From Eledone cirrhosa (taxonomy: Eukaryota): a stretch of 64,000 bases of DNA. The translations under genes were made by a program, and so were the position numbers. Of this stretch, positions 55,606 to 64,000 are shown piece after piece. Every line of letters starts with the position of its first letter. Within the stretch, counting starts at the first letter, position 1. The stretch spans positions 175,460,001 through 175,524,000 of the forward strand of contig OZ024740.1 in NCBI GenBank assembly GCA_964016885.1, read 5' to 3'. The notes beneath the pieces are model-generated. The model saw only the letters and a program-made list of their open reading frames with translations, was not told where the DNA came from and made no database searches.

Positions 55606-55698
55606 GACCAGAACAATTAAAAAAGAAAGGTAACGACAACAACAAAAACGCACGGAAAGTTCCAAGACATTCCAACCAATTTCTCATTAATAAAACAC

Positions 55699-55712
55699 GT
55701 TGCTATGGTAAC
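55699..55712. promoter_or_regulatory. RFX X-box-like palindrome GTTGCTATGGTAAC
   Basis: Close match to the GTTNCCATGGNAAC consensus, in non-repeat sequence with three CCAAT nearby. Confidence 0.4.
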
Positions 55713-55871
55713 AGTCGTCCAATACGTTGACTGCCTGCAGGCAAATTAACAATCCAATACAATTTCGTTAGAAATATGGCCATTTCTAACTTCAATACGC
55801 ACACACAGATATTATCACACACATATGTATACATGTTTATTCACGTACATGCACACACGCGTGTACACAAT

Positions 55872-55975
<104 letters not shown>

Positions 55976-56034
55976 CCAATATATACAGTATATATATATA
56001 TCAATGTATATATATCAATATATATATATATATC

Positions 56035-57997
56035 AATAATCAAACCGCGGATAAATTTTAAAGAACATAAAGGAAATTTCGAAGAGGACTTGCCGGTTAG
56101 ACTTATCGCACCTTCTAAGTCGGACATTGAATAATTAGTAAAAACATAATAGATAGAATTTTGCCAACATTAAAATTGAAGTCAAAGCTTAACTTATGGA
56201 AGGACACTAGTGAAGTCATAGATTGGTTTAAGAACATTGAAAATAAGAAAAATCATAAATTTATTCAAATGGACATAACGAGTTACTACTCATCTATAAC
56301 TCCTAACCTTTTGAACAAGGCTTTACCATACGCATATAAACACACTGATCTATCTAGTGAGGAGATTAATATTATTTTAACGGCTAGACGAACCTTGATT
56401 AATTTTAATAATGATGTTTGGACTCGTTCGGATAGACAGAAGAATTTCGACATTACCATGGGATCGTCTGATTCTGCGCAGGTTACCGATCTTCTGTGAA
56501 TTTTTATCCTTAATATGATAAATAGAAAACTGCCGGAGATTACCGGTGGTTTATATAGAGATGATATATTATTTACTGTAGTTAAACATAGTAATAGTGA
56601 ATTAAATAGAATAAAGAAAACAATTACAGAATTCTTTAAAAATTACGACCTGAAATTAGAAGTAGGAAGTAACAGTAAAATAGTTAACTTCCTAGACGTA
56701 ACCCTCAATTTAAACTCAGGCCTATATTAACCCTTCCATAAACCCAATGAAAACCTAAATTATGTTAGTTTTTATTCCAATCATCCTAAATGTGTTAAAA
56801 ATGCAATAGTCAATAGTGTTCAACAACGTCTAACTAGATTATCTGCTAACAAATCCATTTTTAATAGTAAAGCTGGATATTATAATGAAGCATTGCATAA
56901 GGCAGGATATAAAATTAATATTGAATATGTAGAAAATAATAATTGTAATTATAAACTAAATATTCATAATAATAGGAATAATATAAATAAAGCAGACTGA
57001 AAAAAATAAAAATAAAAATAAAAATAAAAATAATATAAATATATATAAAAATAGCAATTTCGTGAATAAATCGGGGAAAAAAATTAGAACTAGATCTATT
57101 ATTTGGTATGCCTCACCAGCATCTTTAGCTATTAAAACACCCTTAGCACAATTATTTTTTAAAGCATTAGATAAATGTTTCCCTAGAACACATAAATACT
57201 ATTCTATCTTCAATAGGCAGACAGTTAAACTATCTTACTCTACAACTATGAATATGGCTTAATATATTGCAAAAATAAATAGCAGAATTCTTAGTTATAA
57301 CCAACAGATAATTAGCGATAATGACAATATTAATAATAATAATACTATAGTTACAGAGAATAACAATAACATTAATTTAAGCACTTACAGTAGAACACCT
57401 ACAAATATTAGCAATGATAATGCGAACAGTTTAGATTATAGAAATAGGATGAAATCGAACTGTAACTGTAGGAAAAAATCTGAATGTCCTTTGCAAAATA
57501 ACTGCCTTGATAAGAATTTAGTATATAAATGTACCATTAAAGCAAATAATAATTGTTTCTACTTTAGGCACAAGGCCAGCAATTTACCAGTGCATTACTG
57601 GTACTTTATTTTATCGACCACGTAAGGATGAAAGGCAAAGTCAATCTCGGCGGGATTTGAAAATATTACCTATAACTACATAGGTGCAACTTCATCGAAC
57701 TTTAAACTGAGATTTTCCAATCATAAACATTCTTTTTCTAATCCGGATAAGAAATTTTCTACTTCTTTATCACAATTAATATGGTCTTTAAAAGAGAAAT
57801 ATATAAAATACTCAATCTTTTGGACTAAACTTCGAAACTGTGAAGTTTATCGGAATAATTCCATCTCACCTAGCTGCAATCTTTGCAATACCAAGACTCT
57901 ATTAATAATTGCTAATTATGGTAATTTAATTAATAAAAAAAGTGAGTTATTCTCAAATTGCCTGCATAAATCTGCAACAACATTTCAAGCATCATAA
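56035..57997 (+). mobile_element. degenerate 5'-truncated PLE (RT and GIY-YIG, Hydra-clade-like)
   Basis: [75 protein letters not shown]; stops present. Confidence 0.9.
57553..57660 (-). mobile_element. truncated SINE inserted inside the PLE GIY-YIG motif
   Basis: SINE reverse complement sits between VYKC and YIG. Confidence 0.85.
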
Positions 57998-59027
57998 AAA
58001 ATTAGGGAAAAACATTGACTGAGTGAGAAAAGATATTGACTCTTATTAATAATTCTTGTAATGCTTCTATTATTGCTATTATTGCTATTGTGTATAATGT
58101 TTCTACCTCACCTTAGGAAATGCATACCTGTTCTTTAAAAGAGTATGATAATCTCTTGATTGTTTAAATACCTTTAGTTTCGATTTAGAATCCTCTTTTT
58201 AAATCCTGTATTTTATAAATTTGAGATCTGTAATATCTTCAGACTTTCAAACCGTTTAATTAATTTAAACGTTTGGATACGTCGTACGAAGATATTGTTT
58301 ACATTTATCGCGTATAAGTTTCGTTTTATCTAAATTGATTAATAATCTGTATTTAACTTGATTTATAGTATTGAATACAGTAAAATTAGTAAAATTTGGT
58401 TGAATCGAAATACTAATACTCTCAAGTGTAAATATAACTAATAATTAATCCTTTATGCAATTGACAAATATTGATTTAAATAGTATTGTTTATATAAAAT
58501 GCTTATACAGATGCTAATATCTAAGTAAGTTAAGTTTAATAATATCATATTTACTATATTTGTAAGCACTATTGTTAGTTAATAATATTTTTAATTTTTA
58601 ATTTTATAACTAAATTATTGAATGTATTTACTAATTTAAATATGCTCCAGATTATCATTGAAATTATGTTATATTATCTTATATCACTCTATATTGTTTT
58701 AATTTTTATATAATATAATAGTATAATTTCTTTCAAATATTATAGAGTAAAATGTTCACGGTATTTAATTGATCGTTTCTTCCTAACTTAATATTTGAAA
58801 AAAGAAACGGTCACGCATCATATACCTCTATTCTTCTTTTCCTTATGTAATTATATTATACCATCTATATCTCCCTTTCTTCGTTTTTATCTTCATCTCG
58901 CTATCTTTTTCTTTTCTCCTCTATTTAGCTCTCTCTCTCATTTGTTTTTTTTCTCTAATACGGATATTTACATATTTAATTATTTAAATATTTAACAGTT
59001 ATGTACTTTTGTGTTTATATATTTTAC

Positions 59028-60504
59028 AAAACAATGCAGGTATGGACATAGAATAAAGAATGCAAATGCAACAGATATTGTTGACAATTAGTCTTTTACC
59101 TTAGAATTATTTAAATGTCCTAAATTTTCGAGATAATATCTCTTCTTCAGAGGGAATAAAGTTGTCAAACCAGTGTTCTAAATAGCTTGCCAAGTCATGC
59201 TGACAGGAAATGGTATAGAGTATTTGTTCTATCTCTAATTTCAAAGAGTTAAGATTAGGTGGATAAAGAGTAGTCTCCCTTTAAGAGGGGTTTTTTTTTT
59301 GTTTTTCTTTTGTTTTTTTGTACATGCCTGTTTAAGTGTGGGAGAATGCATGAAGGTGTAAGTATGTGAATGTAAGTATGTGAGTGTAAGTATGAGAGTG
59401 TGTGTGTGTGAGTGTGAGAAGATATGTCTATACGTAAATGTGGGGGATAGATGTTATCTCGTGTTAGAACAGGTTTAGTGTGTGTATGTGTGAGAGAGAA
59501 TAAGTGGAGGTGTAAGCGTGTGTGTGTGTGTATGTGCGTGCGTGTGTGTGTGGGGTGTGTGTGTAAATATGGGGCTAGGAGCTCTATCAAGTTATAAATT
59601 GGGTGTTGAGTTCTAGTCTATTAATTGGTGGTTGTGTTTTGTCTATAATTAGTGCTTCCTTAATTCTAAGATTGCCGAGGTTTCTTTCCTTAGTTTCTAT
59701 CCTAACTGTTATGGTTTTGTCGGTGTTTTTGCATTTAACTAGGTGTTTCTTAAATGAGGAAGCGTTAGTATTGAGGTGTTCTTTTATTCTTTGTGAAGTG
59801 GTCTGGTGGTGCTACCTACGTAGAAGTTGCTGCATTTGTCGCACTCTAGTCTGTATACCACGTAAGCCTGGTGGCATAGGTCTGTGTCGTTGATGGGGCA
59901 GTTGGCTAGCCTGCAGCAGTTGTCATGTCTGGTGGAGTGTCGTTTGGTTAGCTGACCGCGTAGAGAAAGACCTGAGTGGGCTAGTTGGATATCTAGTCCC
60001 TCTCGTCTGATAGCTCTGCGGATGGCTGTTGTTGTTTCTGCACTGAAGTGTGGGAGCTTCAGGAAGCAAGTGTTAGTGCCTCGGGTGTGGTATCCTCTGT
60101 TCTTTCTGGCACGGTTTGTGGTGGATGTCGTTTATCCGCTCAGTTTGAGTACTTCCAGGAAATGTGTGGTGTGTGTGTCTCGGTCTCTAGCGTCGGTGCA
60201 TTTGTTCCGGATACGTGCCAGTTGGTTCCTTATGTATCCGAACTTGGCACCGAGTGGGAGGGCCGATCTGGAATGTACGAACAGGTCTCTGCTGGCGGCT
60301 TTTTTATAGAAGCAGGTGTAGATGTTGCCTTCCTCTGTTACCCTGAGTTCAGAGGGAATAAAGTTGACAACTTTATTCCCTCTGAAGAAGAGATATTATC
60401 TCGAAAATTTAGGACATTTAAATAATTCTAAGGTAAAAGACTAATTGTCAACAATATCTTTTGCATTTGCATTCTTTATTCTATGTCCATACCTGCATTG
60501 TTTT
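59028..60504 (-). mobile_element. 5'-truncated PLE of a second clade (Penelope/Poseidon/Neptune-type EN) with 5' inverted pLTR (60364-60504 = rc of 59028-59168)
   Basis: Manual translation (missed by the ORF track): LFVHSRSALPLGAK, CRLANCPINDTDLCHQAYVVYRLECDKCSNFYVGSTTRPL, RIKEHL, LRIKEALII. Confidence 0.85.
60379..60413 (+). ncRNA. ultra-minimal hammerhead-like motif (inverted copy 59119-59153)
   Basis: cct CTGAAGA a-gagat-att-atctc GAAA attt agg; stem III reduced to an AATT palindrome. Confidence 0.55.
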
Positions 60505-60565
60505 GGCTTTATTATACATATACAAACGTTTATATATATATATATATATATAAATATATATATAA

Positions 60566-60652
<87 letters not shown>

Positions 60653-60955
60653 AAATTAATTTAATTAAATTAAATTAAGGGAGTCATGTCCGAGACATGC
60701 GCCATATCCACCGTAGAATAAGCTCAAAGATTCCAATGAATACATCCGAGCATTTTATATCAACTAGAAATTGATTGACATATATATATATTTTAAATAA
60801 TGTCGCACGAGCTTCTGCAATTTCACTCGTTCATCAACACAGCTACATACGTTTCTGTGCAGCGAGGACTGAAGAAGAAACAATTCACCACATAAAAACA
60901 TTCACCATATAGCTACAATAATTGAATGTAATATATATATATATATATATATTTA

Positions 60956-61930
60956 CTAGCAGCAGTACCCAGCGTTGCCTGGGTAGGTAAAATAATATCT
61001 GCTTTGTTAAAAAGTTGTTGATCTTAGCGACTGCGAGTTTCTTGAATAACGGTCGTAAGGTGTAGCAAATGGTGACATGTTGAGTGAAATCGTATGGAAT
61101 ATGTGGGAGGTGGAAAAAATCGTATTTTGAAGAGTTAAACGACTGCCACGCCGTCCCTGAACAAAAAATGCAAAGTGTAAAGCTACTATAAGATGTGCAA
61201 TGATAGGTTCTATCGTAGTATAAAAGTTGAACCAAATAAATTGATATATGGGTGAGGTGGAGCCGAGTTTCGAATTTGAACGAAATCGGTTGAAAAATGT
61301 GGGAGCTAGAGCCGAAAAGGCAGAAATTTGAGCGAAAACGCGGAAATTTGAGCGAAAAGGTGGTATTTTCGAATGTTTAAGCGGCTGCCACGCCGTTCCT
61401 GAACAAAAAATCCAAAATGTAAAGCCACTTTAAGACGTGAAATAATTAGATCTAGCGTAGTGTAAAATTTGAACAAAGTAGGTTGATTAATGTGGGAGCT
61501 AGAGCCGAAAAAGTGGAAATTTAAGTCTAAAAGTGGTATTTTTGAATATTTAAGCGGCTGCCACGCCGTCCCTGAACAATAAATGCAAAATATAAAGCCA
61601 TTACAGGATGTGCAATGATAAATTCTATTTTGCTTTAAAATTTGAACGAAATCGGTGGCAAAATGTGGGAGCTAGAGCCAAAAATCTTATTTTTCGATAC
61701 CTAAAAGTCACTTCCCCTATCGAATTTTATCTGCAGAACGACCTCGGAATAAAAAAAAAACGATACGCTGATATATAGAAAACACTCCCCGATGACGAAT
61801 CTATGAGCCTGTAAAGTTTCATGAAAATCGGTCGTAAGATGTAGGCCCCTATAGGTAATACACAGACACACATACACAGACACACATACACAGACACACA
61901 CACATACTTAATTTTATATATATATACAGA
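60956..61930 (-). mobile_element. non-autonomous Helitron
   Basis: Minus strand starts TC and ends with hairpin acccaggcaacgctgggt then CTAG, inserted between A and T; three internal ~180-240-bp repeats; microsatellite near the 5' end. Confidence 0.78.
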
Positions 61931-62049
61931 TATATATAGTTCAAAATTTCACAACCACCCGCGCGGATCGCGTTGACAGAAGGAAAGGTGGAATCGACAC
62001 TTTCTTGCATGATTCCTTTGCGGCAGATGGAAATATCACATTCTCCAAT

Positions 62050-63759
62050 GGCTACTGTGAATCAGTCACCGTGCACAACAAACCGGATAGTAGTTGGGCT
62101 CTATAGGCCACCCGAAACACCCATACTGCACTTTAAAGAATGCCTCAATAGCATTAAGTGCTTCATTAAACAGTGCCATTCTAGTAACATACTTATGATG
62201 GGAGACCTTCATCTCCCCTGTGTTGATTGGTCTACAAACAGTTTGAAACCAGGCACTCCCACCTCAAACGCTGACAAAAAGAGGTAGAGTCACTTCTTGA
62301 CTTTATGAATGAGTTTTTCTTGTCTCAACTTGTCCTTGCACCAACAATATTAGAAGAACATTTTGGACCTAGTGTTTAGTATCATCAAGATATTTGAGAG
62401 GGTGGCGAGATCACGAATAACCCACTTTCTTGAAAGCAGCAAACTGCTGAAGTCCAACCAACATGGGTTCCGTAATGGAAGGGACTGCCTAACGCAGCTC
62501 CTGCATCACTTTGAAGACATTTTGAGAGCTTTCGGAGAGGCCTCTAGCACTGTTGTCATCTACCTTGATTTCAGCAAGGCCTTTGACAGGGTTGATCACA
62601 AGATTCTATTGAAAAAACTATCGAACATTGGTGACTCTGGAATGTTACTGTAATGGACCAAGTGTTTTCTGACAGACAGAGCTCAACATGTAGTCGAAGG
62701 AGTAAAATCCATCCCAGCCGAAGTCAGTAGTGGCATTCCGCAAGGCACTGTGTTGGGCCCACTTCTTTTCATCATCTATATAAATGACATTACTGACATC
62801 ATCAAGCACAGCAACATAAGAATGTTTGCAGATGATTCCAAGCTACAGAAGGTCATCAATGAGTTGGACATGCCTACAGTCAGAACTATTGGCTGTTATC
62901 CAATGGGCAGAAAAGAACAATATGCTGCTGAACGAGGATAAATTTGAGTTAATCGACTTTGGAAAAGAGGATGCCCTGAAACGCCCATACTTGCTTCCTT
63001 CAGGTGAAACTCTCGTGGCATCCAACAACATTAGAGACTTGGGAGCAATTGTGGACAACATAAGCTGGGCCACTCATATAAACAGCAAAGTTAACGTGGT
63101 CCGCAGAATATATTCCTGGATTCTTAGAACTTTCCAGTCGAGAGATATCCACACCAATATCCTTCTCTTCTCAACTTTTGACCGACCCCCGCCTTGAATA
63201 CTGTTGTCCACTGTGGTCTCCCCACACGAAACAAAGTATCATGAAAGTTGAAGCACCTCAAAAGTCAATTACAAAAAAAAATAGATGGCATGACAGGACT
63301 TGACTATTGGGCTCGACTAGAAAAGGTCAAACTTTATTCTATCCAACGTCTTCGTGAGCACTACATCATCTGCACGATGTGAAAAATATTCCATCAGCAT
63401 TGCCCAAATGATGTTGGTATCACCTTTAAGGTACACCAAAGGATTGGGCCCGTGCTATCCGCCCACAACAATCACACTCGCATCAATATGGCACAATTAT
63501 TTCACATCAATTGTCTCCGTTCTCTAACATTACACAAAAACACATTAAAACAGAAACAGACTCTATAAAGGTCAATAAGTTTTTGGACAAATTCCTTCAA
63601 GAAATCCCGGATAAACCCCTACACCAGGATATGTCTCCGTAAACAATAACTTTGTAGTTAAGTGGGCCACGGTGTCCAAATCCTGATTAGAAACACTTCG
63701 CCAGGTGGTACTATCAAGTTAGACATGGCATGGCCAATATTGGCCGAAACATATCAAAG

Positions 63760-63760
<1 letters not shown>
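62050..63760 (+). mobile_element. degenerate CR1-group LINE (APE fragment fused to RT; internal deletion near 62375)
   Basis: GLYRPP, MGDLHLP, NQHGFRNGRDC, YLDFSKAFDRVDH, PQGTVLGPLLF, MFADD; (TA)n tail. Confidence 0.87.
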
Positions 63761-63824
<64 letters not shown>

Positions 63825-63945
63825 AAAAACAAAAAATCAGTGATGCATCTGAACTCAATTTATTGTGTGTTACAATTGTTTCGCCGGCGGACAGTTCGAG
63901 ACGTGATCATTGTGTGGATCTGTCTGATTCTGGATCCGCAGGTTC

Positions 63946-64000
<55 letters not shown>

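Noticed and set aside
56490-56505. In-frame TGA in a PLE RT as possible selenocysteine
   Set aside because: It aligns to a Gly in the other copies (DLVG/DLIG), TAA stops also occur, and no SECIS was seen.
61130-61680. Repeats with intervening sequence resembling a CRISPR array
   Set aside because: Long, whole-unit tandem repeats inside a Helitron; eukaryotic context; no cas genes.

Overview
AT-rich, microsatellite-dense eukaryotic (animal) genomic DNA made almost entirely of transposable elements. The abundant tRNA-derived SINE and long (TA)n/(TATG)n tracts suggest a cephalopod/octopus-like genome (inference only). No host gene is confidently identifiable, and most ORFs in the track are microsatellite artefacts. 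Recognisable elements: (1) at least six Penelope-like elements (PLEs; RT and/or GIY-YIG), one nearly full length with pseudo-LTRs; (2) a head-to-tail array of three Tx1/L1-clade LINEs in (ATT)n, one with an intact 1139-aa ORF2; (3) CR1-like, RTE-like and R4/Dong-like LINE fragments; (4) about a dozen SINE copies; (5) a non-autonomous Helitron and an 8-mer satellite. The most striking signal is about 25 type-I hammerhead ribozyme (HHR) motifs from about 13 unrelated sequence families, found by eye. They include U3:A8 compensatory core variants, mismatched stem-II bases, palindromic (dimer-type) stems III and very large stem-II insertions. Many sit in non-coding tandem (451, 560 and 734 bp period) or palindromic elements whose two 3' ends point outward into (TA)n. 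This looks like a diverse retrozyme-like system parasitising PLEs. All RNA folds were paired by hand and are untested.
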